DNA of 62,356 nt, filler included, from Squatina squatina (GCA_031763465.1; 3 parts of 3 records of this genome joined end to end with filler, not necessarily neighbours in it); one strand, 5' to 3'; numbered from the whole stretch's first letter, positions 23,971 through 36,788 are shown. The notes: generated by a model not told the origin, from the sequence alone. Program-made: numbers and translations.

Positions 23971-24691
23971 ATTATCTAATCATTTCTCTCACTGCTATTT
24001 GTAGGGTCTTGCTGTAAAAGGCACTATATAAGTTCTTTCGTTCTTTCTTTTTGTGCATCTATGGAAACAGAGCTCCACTCATCGGCATCTGAATCTGAAT
24101 GGGTAGCTGTAATGCAACCAATGCAAAGTTGAAGCAGTAAGAGGCTATATCCTTGAGGTAATCTCACAATACTAGCCGAAATCTGATTCAGGGTAATTTA
24201 CACCCCAATTATATTAACCGGGTGCATTGATGCAAAGCTGAAACTAAATCACACTGACACAAACCATGTATTGTACAGGTCTGTTACACAATGCCTTCTT
24301 AATATTTCTTACTGATAGAGCAATCAAACAGGACGACTGTGATTCTGCCACAATCCTTTCAATAACTGCAGATTTAAAGAGCCAAGACAGATAGATCTTC
24401 ACTTCAAAGCTCTGTATGAAGAACAAACTATTTGAACTTTTGAAGATTGTGAAGTTCACAGACGACTCACGGTCTGCTGTGATTATGTAAGGAGATATCC
24501 ATCTGATTCACTCACAATCATTCACTTCTCTGACAACAATTTAAGGGACAAATGAACCAGCTCCCTTGAGACTGGTAAATGACTGGCAGTTCGCAGACAT
24601 TACTTTCTGTTGCCAAGCATTCTGGCATGATGCGATCAGTCTGCAGAGTGTGAGATCAAAAGGAAGCTTGTATGTGTGACCAAATTATTAT

Positions 24692-24876
24692 GAGGTAGAC
24701 TTTCAGCTTGGCACCCAGGTATAAAACTAATGCTGCAGATCAGCTGCCCATTATCGAAAACTACCTGATTTTAATTTCTGTTGAATTCAATGGAAATGAA
24801 AAGTAAGCGGTTTCTATAAGATCTGGCAGATCCATGACGCAGTTTACACCCAGGTGGTAAGTTGAAAATCTACCCC
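24692..24876. mobile_element. Palindromic MITE of 185 bp with a 3-bp TAT target-site duplication
   Basis: TIRs GAGGTAGACTTTCAGCTT and reverse complement GGGGTAGATTTTCAACTT (15/18). TAT lies on both flanks. The centre is the palindrome TTGAATTCAA. Confidence 0.8.
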
Positions 24877-25730
24877 TATATTTTTTTTCTCCCCATGTCT
24901 CCTAAAGACGCTGCTGCATGTCAGGGTNNNNNNNNNNTCTGTACCTCGCCCAGGTGGCTATTCTTTATATGTGTCTTCACATTGTTGCCAGGTTGTTTAA
25001 CTATGAGAGAGGCAGGAAGGATAGGCAAGAACACCACAGCTGAGAATCATCTAATCTTGTGGCATGTTTGTACAGGTACTGCCACATTCTGCTACCTCAT
25101 GCAGGTCCCTATTCTCGATGAATGGCTCTTGACAATGGATATTGAATGGATGACACAACTGAGCTTTATCTGCATGCATGGACGTTCTAGCAGGGTCACT
25201 AGANNNNNNNNNNNNNNNNNNNNNNNNNNNNNNNNNNNNNNNNNNNNNNNNNNNNNNNNNNNNNNNNNNNNNNNNNNNNNNNNNNNNNNNNNNNNNNNNN
25301 NNNGGCCATTAACTGGAACAGAGTTTGAATAACAAGGAAGTCTGGGATTTGACTGATTGGTTTCTGAATGGGAATCTAGTGGTCCAACACGAGAGCTGCT
25401 GAGCATTGAGCTGTCCCCTATTTAAGCAGTTAATTCCAATTTTTGTTACTTTACTGTGTATTCAAAGCAGAAATGGACTTATAGCCTTGGGTAGAAAACC
25501 ACACATCAGTTCACTTTTTGCATTAGTTATACATTTTGCCTTGGGGCTGCTACGCATGCATCACGAGATACTTTGATGTATTCCCAATTAAGCTGCACAG
25601 CACAGAATGGGGACTGAAGGCTGTCCATCAAGAGTTTTAAGTCATGAGCGTAGCAGAAGTGGAAAGAATGCTTTGTTGGTTATTTTCTGGGTTATTTGGC
25701 ATGGCAACCCTTGGAAGCTAAGCATTATGA

Positions 25731-25937
25731 AAAAGGAAAGACTCGCATTTATCTAGTAACTTTCATGGCTTCAGAGTGGCCCAAAGCACTTTACAGCCAA
25801 TTGAGTACTTTTGAAGTCACTGTTGTAGTATAGGGAACGCAGCAGATGATTTGCACACGGCAGGGTTCCACAAACAGCAATGTGATAATGACCAAATAAT
25901 TTGTTTGAGTGATGTTGGTTGAGGGAGAAATATTGGG
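25731..25937 (-). mobile_element. Deu-domain SINE (SacSINE1-like), 3' half
   Basis: Collinear with 29133-29335 (GAAAGACT.GCATTTAT..AAAGC.CTTTACAGCCAA..TGTGATAATGACCA..GAGGGA.AAATATTG). Confidence 0.85.
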
Positions 25938-26507
25938 TAGCACTGGCTGCACACCTGAACCATTTTAACAAGTTCCCAGCACAAATTTAACGTGCTGCCT
26001 CGGACCATGTAACCAGANNNNNNNNNNNNNNNNNNNNNNNNNNNNNNNNNNNNNNNNNNNNNNNNNNNNNNNNNNNNNNNNNNNNNNNNNNNNNNNNNNN
26101 NNNNNNNNNNNNNNNNNAAACAGGTGCTAGATTGGTGTCAGTTAACATATGGTGATCATCATAATTCTGTCCATTGTTGTTTTACATGAAAATAAACATG
26201 ATTCATGACCAGCCAGCCTGTGAACTTTTGCCTAACAATCAGATCATTCCAGAGGAATTTGTGCAATTTCACATTATTGCGAGTATCTCCAAACCGTTCA
26301 GTCATTGGGGATATAATTACAGTGCTGCAGACTGCAAATGCTGATATTACTTATCAACAGATGCTTGTCCTAGGAGGCAGTGACAGGTTTTGACAGACTT
26401 GATCACAACAGGAACACTGTAAAATTATATTAGAATTATAGTGTGGTTGGGGTGATGGTGGGAGGATGTTTCACAACACAGATGGGCCACATCATGATCT
26501 ATCAGGA

Positions 26508-26525
26508 ATATATATATATATATAT
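26508..26525. repeat. (AT)9 microsatellite
   Basis: Read directly from the sequence. Confidence 0.9.
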
Positions 26526-29132
26526 CGCTGTAAATTTCCCTCCTTCATGTAGATGGCTGACAATCTTAGAAAAGGAGAAAAGTCCAATGTTAACTCATTT
26601 TGTCCTATTTCTGAGATACACAACAAAGGCAGAACCAGTCGGAGTAGCGCTTGTAGATGTAAGTGCACTAGACTTACNNNNNNNNNNNNNNNNNNNNNNN
26701 NNNNNNNNNNNNNNNNNNNNNNNNNNNNNNNNNNNNNNNNNNNNNNNNNNNNNNNNNNNNNNNNNNNNNNNNNNNNNTTTAGGAGACTGTAAGTAAAATG
26801 CAATTACTCGAGCCACCTTAGAGAGGGAGATATATTCATTATTTCCAGGTAAATTATTCAGTATTTTAATTCCCTATTCATGATGTTTAATTTATTATAT
26901 AATTATAATTGCCAGAACAAATGTTTGTTTGCACTTAATATTTTATTGAAAACCAAAAATATTGTATCTGAAAACATATTCATGATGGATAAAATTCCAA
27001 ATCATTAAAGTGGCAGAACACTGGGTTGGTGCAATGGTCTAGTTCCCAGCTTTAGCAGCTTCTAGACCTGGGCTTGATATGGTGCCACGTTGTGGCATGA
27101 CAAGTGCTCCTATTGGATTGTTGGTCCTGTTCTGGGAGAGTGATCCCTGTACACCACTCTCTTTCTTTTATATTCATCAGAGACCAGTTTCTGCAGCCTT
27201 GCTGTGCTCTGCTACGCCACAGGGAGATCAAAATGCAAAAGTGTTTGCCTCCCCTGTTCAATTTAATGAAACTGGTTGCTGCAACAACACTTGTGAACTT
27301 ATGATGTTTGTTGGCTCACCAAATGTCACTTTGTTTACACTATGGAAGAATTGCACACCTGCTTTTGGCTGCATAAAAAACATCAGTCTGGATGCTCAAG
27401 CCTCGAACCCATCACCTTNNNNNNNNNNNNNNNNNNNNNNNNNNNNNNNNNNNNNNNNNNNNNNNNNNNNNNNNNNNNNNNNNNNNNNNNNNNNNNNNNN
27501 NNNNNNNNNNNNNNNNNNCGAAGTAAAGCAGGTTATGGTAGTACGGTAACATATCTCTTCGTCTAACATAAAGTAAGCCATTATTGTGATTGTGATACTG
27601 CACAACCCGTTTTGCCGATTTTGCGCTTCCAGTGATGGGGTGGAGGGGGAGTCTAGCCTGCCAGGAGCGCATGTTATATTGTTTGGTATACTGCTGTAAT
27701 TTTGCTTTAGAAAAATGTCTTTTACACTTCAGTAGCCCACTTAATGCAGGCTGTACACTTAGTCCATTAATGGCACGAAGCTGTCCCTTAAATGACACTT
27801 CTAACAGCTCACTCTCATATCTTTCTGATCTCCTGATGCTCATTTGTTGTAAATAGGACAGGAGAGCTTTTACTGGGGATTATGCCTGGCTGCCTCAAGC
27901 AATTTGGTCACTTTGTTTCACTGATCCTTCTGTTAATGTTCCGTCATTTTAAACACTCACACTCTTAAAGACATACATTTGATATGCATCAGAATTATGA
28001 GCCTAATGATGTTAAGGTGTAGTGAGTCATGTAACAGTATATTATGTAATGTGGAATGCTATCAGCTGAAAGCTAACTACATTATTTTCAAATGTATGAA
28101 ATTATTATTGGTCGTTATTGTACAAAGACAGTAAGGGGTGACTTTCACATTCACTGCTTGGGTGATATATCGGCAGAGTGNNNNNNNNNNNNNNNNNNNN
28201 NNNNNNNNNNNNNNNNNNNNNNNNNNNNNNNNNNNNNNNNNNNNNNNNNNNNNNNNNNNNNNNNNNNNNNNNNNNNNNNNAGTGTTTGCCTGATTTGCTA
28301 CAAACCACCCCTGTCTGCCTTCCCCACTAATGAGGAACTAGTTTGCATTGGTTATTTACTCAACCTAATAGATATTGTATCCTTTTGAACTCCAGTAGTA
28401 ACAATCAATATTATTACACAATGGAAGCATGCTCCCCCTGCAATCGAACTGATTGCTGTCATTGTGAAGGTTTTGAAGATCAAATTTGTTCTGATTAGGA
28501 GGGATAGCTGTGGCAGTTAAATGGGTCATCCAATTGGCTGGTCATTACATCATGGTTGAAAATGAGCTTTATAATGTTAGCAACAATAGTCTTTAGATCG
28601 AGCTGAATTTCACCATGAAAAGTTATATATTAAAAATATCACACTGCTGCAAAACAAATCAATCCTTCGTGAGTAGGACACAGGTAGGAAAATGCACTGA
28701 AGTTTGACATTCAAAAATAGATAGTTTGCATGAGCAATACATTAAACATGATACAAGGATTCTTGTTTCAGACTGATGTATAATTTTTTCTAGGTCTTCA
28801 AAACTGCGGAACTCCTTACCTCCATCTGCCTTCTCTTCTAAAGGCTGCAAAAGCCCACTAAGTTGTGACTTAACTTTCCTTGTCTTCTCTCCTGTTCTTC
28901 TCAATCGTGGCAGTTTCCTGAACTATGGACCTTGGCCTTTCACCCAAGTTTCTTAATTAAAAAAAAAATAAGAATTTTGATGGGCCTCCATTAGAAATGA
29001 AATATTAATTCTACAGAGAATTTTAATCTATCACATCTGTCTTACTGTTTGTATTGTGCATAATGTATTGCTCAAGCAAATACATGGAAACTGTCTATTT
29101 GTCAGAATGTCACATTTCAGTGCATTTCCCTA

Positions 29133-29504
29133 AAAGAAAGACTTGCATTTATATAGTACCTTTCACGACCATTGGACATCTCAAAGCTCTTTACAGCCAA
29201 AGAAGTACTTTTTGAAGTTGTAATGTTGGAAATGTGGCAGCCAATTTGCGCACAGCAAGCTCCCATAAACTGCATTGTGATAATGACCAGATAATTTGTT
29301 TTTGTTATGTTGATTGAGGGATAAATATTGTCCAGAACTCCCCTGCTCTTCTTAGAAACAGTGCCATGGGATCTTTTATGTCCTCCTGAGAGAGCAGACG
29401 GGCCTTGGTTTAACGTATTATTCGAAAGACGGCACCTCCGACAGTGCAGCACTCCCTCAGCACTGCACTGGAGTGTCAGCTTGGATTTATGTGCTCAAGT
29501 CCCT
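29133..29504 (-). mobile_element. Deu-domain SINE (SacSINE1/AmnSINE1-related), near full length but lacking the tRNA head
   Basis: Minus strand reads ..AAAAGATCCCATGGCACTGTTTCTAAGAAGAGCAGGGGAGTTC..AATATTTATCCCTCAATCAACAT..TCTGGTCATTATCACA... At least five related copies occur in the window. Confidence 0.88.
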
Positions 29505-29597
29505 AACATTGATAATTTTCAACAAGTCTATTGCACCTCTTGCCATTCCAGGACTTTGTACCGAATTACAAATGCAGTTATGATATTTATACACATT

Positions 29598-29930
29598 GGC
29601 CCAGAAATTGTTGGAGTGGCGCATCTCGTGGCGAGCGACCTGAATTGGACTTTTTAAACCTCACTCTCCAGATCATATTTTCATACCACAAATTGCTGGA
29701 AATGCAAATTGATAATGGAGCTGTGATGTCAGCATCCCACTGGGATTTCAGGAATGTTGTGCCCAATGGCCTATCCCCTAAACCAATTAAATTTAAGGTT
29801 AGAGAAAGAAACACAGTGAACAATGGAGACGGAACTAACATGAAGCTAAATAAAATTAGATTAAAAAAAAAGAAATAGAGTGGATCAAGTGAGAGAGAGA
29901 AAAAAGAGACAGAATGGAAAAGTAAGCAAT
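29598..29930. mobile_element. Left part of a TIR element with a GGCCCAGAAATTG terminus
   Basis: The terminus resembles the reverse complement of the end at 8956 (GGGCCTGAAATTG) and is followed by a CpG-containing subterminal region. Confidence 0.5.
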
Positions 29931-29979
29931 AGTAACTATAACTTGCCATGCAGGAAACTCATGGGATCAAGTGGAACAA

Positions 29980-30093
29980 TGGTTTTCCACCTCGTCCATT
30001 GACTTCAATGGAGAGTAAAATCAAGCAGGGTAAAACTAGCGGTCCACCAATCTCGTCAGTTTCTCGACAGGCGGGTTAGGTTAAAAGTCCCCC
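29980..30093. mobile_element. Partial palindromic MITE related to 24692-24876
   Basis: Central palindrome TCCATTGACTTCAATGGA; right end GGTTAAAAGTCCCCC. Confidence 0.5.
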
Positions 30094-30500
30094 AACACAT
30101 CCCCCCTACCCCCCATGTCTTCCCGGAGGCCAGTTTCAACAGTCTGAGTTTGTGTTGGGGTTGCCTCCAGTAACATTAGGAATTTATAGTGCAAGCACTC
30201 ATCCAAAGCCAATGTAAAAGCAGCTATTGATGGTCAGTGTAGTGTATCTATCCATTTCACGCCTTGCATCACACAGTTGCTGCAGATAATTGATCCAGTC
30301 CATGTTTTCTATCTGATGCCAGCAGTTTGATCAGATGCAAGACCAATCAAAATTAACTGTTCAGTACAGATTGGGCTTGTGAAAGGTATTTGAATTGTTT
30401 TTCAATATTACATTTAAGTTATAATGTACTCCTGTGTCTCAAGTGTGCAACTACTAATGTAAGTTCTGCACTGGCGCAAGCAACGCGGACGATTTTTTAA

Positions 30501-30833
30501 AAAACCTTGCATATATATTGCACTTTTCATGATATCTGGACAGCCAGTGAAGTACTCTTGAAGTCTATATAAACTCTTGTAATGCAAAAAAATGTAGCAG
30601 CACACAACAAGACCCCACAAATAGTAATGGGATGGATCAATGACCATTTAAACAGTTTTTTTGTGATTTTTATTGAGGGATATTCTGAAGAACGCTCCTA
30701 CTCTTCTTCGAACATTACCGTTGGGTCTTTTACTTTCACCTGACAGTGCAGATGAGACCTTGGTTTACCATCTCATCTAAAAGTTGGCACCTCTGTCAAT
30801 GCAACCAAAGTGATGTGCTCAGGTCTCTGAACC
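30501..30833 (-). mobile_element. Older, diverged Deu-domain SINE
   Basis: Collinear with 29133-29504 but with many substitutions (CTTGCATATATA..GAAGTACT..TTGAGGGATA..CTCTTCTTCGAA..CTTGGTTTA..GGCACCTCTG..GTGCTCA). Confidence 0.75.
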
Positions 30834-31094
30834 AATACTTCTATGATTTCTATTGCAAAGCACTTTTATAATTACTTCAAAGGGTATCTGGCAGTGTTTT
30901 GTGCTGGGAGAGAGCCACAAGAATCATGCATAATTGTTTGCGACACAGCAGACTCCATCTGTGCCTCTGTTCGTAAGTGCACTGTTTTATGTTGAAGTGC
31001 ACCAAACCAACAAAGACACAGGTTCAATCATTGAGTTCCCTGATATTGAATTCAATGATTCCTTTTGAAAAGAAAGATTCACATGTGTAGATTT

Positions 31095-31270
31095 CAAGGT
31101 GAGGATAGGATTGGCCTTGGCGGCAGTATGTTCGAATAGTTCACTGACACTCACTATTTAGATTCACACAAAGAGTATGGCTATTTAATGTGGTGCTGGA
31201 GGGTAGCCAGTGAGTACAAAGATGGCACAAATCAGCGCCTTGCAGGGGAGGGGAGAACTGGGGGAGAAAG
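31095..31270 (+). mobile_element. 3' part of another interspersed SINE-like repeat
   Basis: GACACTCACTATTTAGATTCACACAAAGAGTATGG resembles the reverse complement of 37612-37650 (TGTCTAGGCTCACGTGAAGAATG). Confidence 0.45.
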
Positions 31271-33111
31271 TAACAGTGATATTTTCAACGATTTGTGTTC
31301 ACTAAGAGGCAAACATAATTAAAGAGTAATTTTTCCTCTTTAAGTCCTNNNNNNNNNNNNNNNNNNNNNNNNNNNNNNNNNNNNNNNNNNNNNNNNNNNN
31401 NNNNNNNNNNNNNNNNNNNNNNNNNNNNNNNNNNNNNNNNNNNNNNNNTTTGCCATATCAGCATTTTTACAGTCAGTTGGCAGTAAGAGGTTTCATAAAA
31501 TAACGCAATGCCTTTCATTGGGCTATAAGACTCACTGTATATTATAACAGTTCTCACTTTTGATTCATTCTTTCCTCTTCCCATTTCTCCTGCTCTACAT
31601 TCTTGTCCAAAATTTACTTTCCTTTTATACCCTACCTAAAATTTTAAGTTAATGGGATCCTTGGCTCTATGGTCTTCTGTGTCATGACCACAGACCTGTG
31701 TAGACGTTCACGAAAAGTTCTAACAGCAGGAATTTATTTGGCTCATTTGTAATGAATCTAATTGTATATCATTCCATTCAGTCACTTTGGGGTTTTGAAA
31801 AGTTCATTATGACATGATTAGGCTAATCAAGCCTAGAATAGCTCCTTATATATCATGTTATTCATGTACTAAAATCAAGTCAAATATACTTGCAGACTTA
31901 GGGAGTGTTCACTATTTGAATTTCCCCTTATATGTCAGGGGATGTTGTTGTTGTAAAGGACCAAATGTTATCTGATATTTAGTGAAATAAGAATTACAAG
32001 TTCATTTAAAATCCTATATCTAAATGATTAAATAGGTAAGTCAGTGCAAGAATAAAGAAAAAAATCTATTTTTTTTAAATGTTCAAGCAAGCAGATTAGG
32101 ATGAAGAACGGAAATATATAAAAAATGCCAAAATGGTGACCTGGGACAAAAAGTGTACATCGAAAATGAAAATATTATTTGGTAAGTGTGCAGCGGGAAA
32201 TGTATTAAAGTGAGGCCCACTTAAGGGTTGAAAATGAGTCACGGATTAACTTCTAACTTTTCTCAATTTTTTCTCAACAGTTTTTTGCTGCAGCAAATAT
32301 TGCTCGAATTGAATTGAGTAGAAAATGCAGCCTAGTTCACATAGAAAACAGAGGTCAGTGCCAAAATGTTCAACAGAAAAACTAGACTACTTGATTATTC
32401 ATAAAATAACATTACACAGAAGGCATTAAGAAAAATAGGGGGTCCCACAGCATAATTCTGATAATAAAATGGCCACAGGCTGAGATTGCAGTGCTGTTTA
32501 ACCTCAGAAAACTGAGCGTTGACGAACGAATTTGCAGCAGATTAACAACCCAACACATCGTATCAGCTNNNNNNNNNNNNNNNNNNNNNNNNNNNNNNNN
32601 NNNNNNNNNNNNNNNNNNNNNNNNNNNNNNNNNNNNNNNNNNNNNNNNNNNNNNNNNNNNNNNNNNNNTAATTAAATTTAACTCCAATATGCAAACCAAA
32701 AGCTCACTTTACCTACAAATTTATATTCTTGTCTTCTCTATCTGCTTACTCCTCAAAGCTATTTTCATCCTCATTTTTCTATCTGCTTATGTTATCAGCA
32801 GTGTCAGTTCCATTCCTTAATTTTATTTTTAATTATTTATCTGATCCTTGGCTGAACACTTTACAAATTCTGTTACAAATAGACTTGCTGTGCTCACAGA
32901 TAAAAAGAAAAACTGGTTGCCTGAAATCTGCTGTGCTTTTTAATGAGGTATTATAGTTGCCATAGTTACTGCAAAGCCAATTAGTGTGGTGTGTTGCTTG
33001 TTCATTGTTCTAATTTAAAGATAAATGTGATATATGTTTACAAACATTTAATAAAGTAACATAATTATTTTATTGGGAAAATAATGTTTAAGTTTAACCT
33101 TTAAACCCTTT

Positions 33112-33196
33112 GGGGGCGGAATTCCCTTGCCCCACATTGCCGGCGCCAAACCTAACATGGCCGCCCCATTAGCGCCCGCGCTGACTGCAGTAAAAA
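33112..33196. mobile_element. Terminus of a GC-rich TIR element
   Basis: GGGGGCGGAATTCC followed by CpG-rich subterminal sequence, then a gap. Confidence 0.55.
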
Positions 33197-33425
33197 NNNN
33201 NNNNNNNNNNNNNNNNNNNNNNNNNNNNNNNNNNNNNNNNNNNNNNNNNNNNNNNNNNNNNNNNNNNNNNNNNNNNNNNNNNNNNNNNNNNNNNNNAGGA
33301 TATTGATGCAAGAACTCATAGGTGGGCTTGATTGCAACTTCCTTTCCCTCTTCGTCGTCATGCTGCTTGTCTTCATCATCTTCATAATCAACAAAAGTGA
33401 CATTGAGTTGTTGGTTTATTTTAAA

Positions 33426-33597
33426 AACTGGTTCATTAATGTCCTTTAGGGAAGGAAACTGGCATCCTTACCCAGTCTGGCCTCTGAAGTGGCCTAGCAA
33501 ATGATTAATTTGTATCACCACCTTCTCAGGGTAACTAGGGATGGGCAATAAATGCTGACTTCACCAGTGGCGCCCATATTCCGAGAATTATTTTTTG
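33426..33597 (+). mobile_element. SINE 3' portion sharing its tail with the LINE at 38625-39262
   Basis: Body CTGGTTCATTAATGTCCTTTAGGGAAGGAAAC, then CACCACCTTCTCAGGGTAACTAGGGATGGGCAATAAATGCTG. Confidence 0.7.
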
Positions 33598-33669
33598 AAA
33601 ATGAACCTGCTCCTCAGCTGGTTCCAGCTAATTTGTGGATTAACTTGATTGTAGTCTTTATCTTGGCTA

Positions 33670-33990
33670 CAGTTTTCATCAGATGCTGCCTGAAGCGACC
33701 TGGCACCATAAAGGTTGAGTGTGGTTGCCACCTCCATAAGCACAGACAGAGCAGTGTGGGCGGAAGACCGTGAATGCAGGCCCTCACGCGATAGCTGGCA
33801 GAACTCTCTTTCTTTGGTGAAGCACACTCTACTAATCCATATTTCCTCCCTAAGGTCCTCATATGACCTGTGCTGTTGGGAGATGTAATAGCTAGTGAGT
33901 TGCATCATCTTTAAATGATGCTTCACTCTTCTTTTCTCTATCCTCCCCTGCTCCTCCTTTGCAACAATGGCTTGCAGAGATGCCCATAGG
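33670..33990 (-). pseudogene. PIF/Harbinger (HARBI1-like) transposase N-terminal relic
   Basis: ORF 33588-33926 reads QHRSYEDLREEIWISRVCFTKE..FCQLSREGLHSRSSAHTALSVLMEVATTLNLYGARSLQAASDENC. This matches the pattern SY.DL.E....R.RF.KE....C.L...L......AL.V...V...L.FYA.GSFQ...GD. Confidence 0.75.
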
Positions 33991-35645
33991 GAATGCTTTC
34001 ACTGCTCCTGAGAGGTCCTCACTGTGCGGAGGGCTCAACATCTTTGGGTGGCCTCACACTCCTTCAGGGAGTCAGAAGCAAGCAAAAGGCTGTGTAGGCT
34101 GAATACAAAAAAAAACACTCCAAGTGACATTGCCAGCTGCAGTAATCACAAAACTTTCATCAATCTTCTGCCTCAAAACCTCCTCACTTCCACCAGACTC
34201 AGATGATTTTGATAACAGCTGCAACTTAATCTAACTTACTGCTAGCACATTACGAGCATCAATATGGAAAATCTGGGGCCGCAGTGGCCCTTATTATCAT
34301 ATATTATAATTGGGTGGTTGGAGACTCCCCCCGTAACCACACATTCCAGCTAGAGTCACTGATGATCATCAGGACTCGAGACCATAACTGTTTTTTACTC
34401 TCTCTCTCTAGCTGAGAGTGCTAACTATAATTGTAGTTCCCAGCAAACTGGGAACACACTGGGAATAAACCTGGCTGGAATAGCTTAGTTCCTCACCGAG
34501 CACTGTGCTTGCCATTGGAGTGACTGGGAATCATAAATAGTTAACTCGTCTAATAATTTCACTTTGACTTGTGTTCTAACACTCCTCATCCAATTAATGC
34601 ACTTCCTTTCATGCACAAATAAATAAAACCAGCACCTGGTAACAGTAACAGCACTTCCTTCCAACTAAATAACAGCCTGTGTTGGCTGGCAGATGGATAG
34701 GAGATATGTAACAACATGACAGAAGAACGATTTGGCAAATTTTAGTAATGCTGCCTGTGAGCGTTCATGGAGACAAATGATAATTGGTTTTTAACATAAC
34801 CCAGCAATAGCAAGTGGTCGTCAAGTAGTCAATCTTCTTAAAGCATAGGCTGCCAAATAAGCAGATCATTTTTACAATCTTGAAGATGGTCTATGATTTG
34901 ATTTGAAAAAATAAAAAATAATTAGCTCAGATCCAAACGCATAAATCTGTGCTGTGTGCTCGCTGAGATGAGTAGGAAGCTTCGATCTATATGTGCATCT
35001 TACACACTGCATGAAGGGCACAACACAACACCTTTATAATTTATTAAAGCTCGCAGAAACGCATGGTGATGAACTGTGACTTATAATTTTCTTTTAGCTA
35101 CTATTTACTGAAATATTATTGACTCAATTTGTAAAAAGCTGTTCGATTATTTATTTTACTTTCAAACAATTCTATAATATTCTGGTAGGAATTAAAATAT
35201 GCTCCAGAAGTTTCTCGGACCGGTTAGAAAAATTCCAGCTCACTCCCTACCTGAGCTACCTGACTCTATACAATAGTATCATTGTTCTATATGATGTATT
35301 ATGTATTTACTCATGGTCGGGGGAAGGAGGTAAATGTGATACATTGAAAATGTGGGGGATGAATATGCTTTTCATTTACATCATATTTGCAATGTACAAT
35401 TGGAGCAATTACATTTTTGTGATAGGAAAATCAGATAAAAGCCATTTCTGCTAGTTTCCTGCCATTAAGTCATTTCCCATAAGTTCCCTCACACTGTTTG
35501 CCCCAACCAGCGATCCATTCCAAGTTGTCATGATGCATTCATCCTTCGAAATTTGTCCCTTCCTGATTTCTTGAGGAAAGAAAATTAGGTCAACGGATGA
35601 CTTCTGGACGACAAATTTCACTTACCTCCTGCGCACAAAGACAAT

Positions 35646-36126
35646 GGCTCGGATCTTGTGGTCAGCGGTGAAGGGACGGCGCTTGCTGCTGACCTCAAAG
35701 AAAGTTATCCACAAACATTTAGCGGGTTCTGTGGTGCGATTTCTACTTTTCAGCAGGTTTCACCATTCATTTTTTAATACTTTTACAGACAGAAAAATAA
35801 GGATTAGGACATTCCAAAAGAGGATCTGTGATGCCAGCAGCAGTGATATCATCAAGCATGCTGAGGAGCCAATCACATTGAAGAATTCTCATGGACAGCA
35901 AAGCAGGAAGTTAAAAGCAGGTTTTATCATTCACCTTTCAATACTTTTACAGAAAGCAAAATAAAGATTGGGACATACACATGAGGTTAAGGTGGAAGCT
36001 GAAATATCATAAACAAACTTAGAAAAATATAATAGAAGCTAATATTTACTATTTTAAGAATCTATGGAATTTTTTATCACAGAATGGAGAAAATAACACG
36101 CCACAATATAACATTTTTTTCAAGCC
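35646..36126. mobile_element. Interspersed DNA-transposon-like repeat, left part
   Basis: Starts GGCTCGGATCTTGTGGTCAGCGG with a subterminal inverted motif (GGTCAGC..GCTGACC) and runs into a gap. Family recognised only from memory. Confidence 0.45.
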
Positions 36127-36226
36127 NNNNNNNNNNNNNNNNNNNNNNNNNNNNNNNNNNNNNNNNNNNNNNNNNNNNNNNNNNNNNNNNNNNNNNNNNN
36201 NNNNNNNNNNNNNNNNNNNNNNNNNN

Positions 36227-36788
36227 CTTCATTGGGAGCATCGGCAGCTGATAACATTGGCGCTACACTGCCAAGGCCAGCGTGATGATGTCAGCCGCGG
36301 CCCCAAGCCTGAGTTAAAGGGAAGGGCTGCCGGCCGACGCCACGGAGCCCTGGTGGCCGACACTGGGTCACTAGGGAAGCTGGTGACTGGGTCACCCATT
36401 AGCCGCCGGGTCGTGGCGGGGTAACGTTCGCCATTGGTCGGTCGACCAAAAAACATGGCAGCCGCTGGCGCATGGCACCTCCCCTTTATGGTTCGTTGGC
36501 AACGAAAGGCTGAACTTGACATTGCCAATGAAGCTTGCCTCTTAGCAACCTGTGGATCAATTCCAGTCATGGGTCGCTAGTGCTGCTAAAAGGGGTTGCG
36601 GGGCAGCACTATGGGGTCGGCGCGCAATGTGATGACGTCGCACGCCGACTAATGCTAGAATTAACGCCCCAGCACATAGGCCTTTGCGCCATGGGGGCGC
36701 TGACACCAATTTCGCGGGCAATGATTTTACGCTCCCATTAGTGACCCTCGAAGGCTCTCACAGGGCGCAAAACAAGACCAACTGGGCC
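36227..36788. mobile_element. GC-rich TIR element of the same family as 17732-18371; left end lost in a gap
   Basis: Shares TTAAAGGG.AGGGC.GCCGGCC..GAGCCCTG..GACACTGGG.CAC.AGGGA and AA.ATGGCAGCC..CTCCCCTTTA with 17950-18120. Confidence 0.8.
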
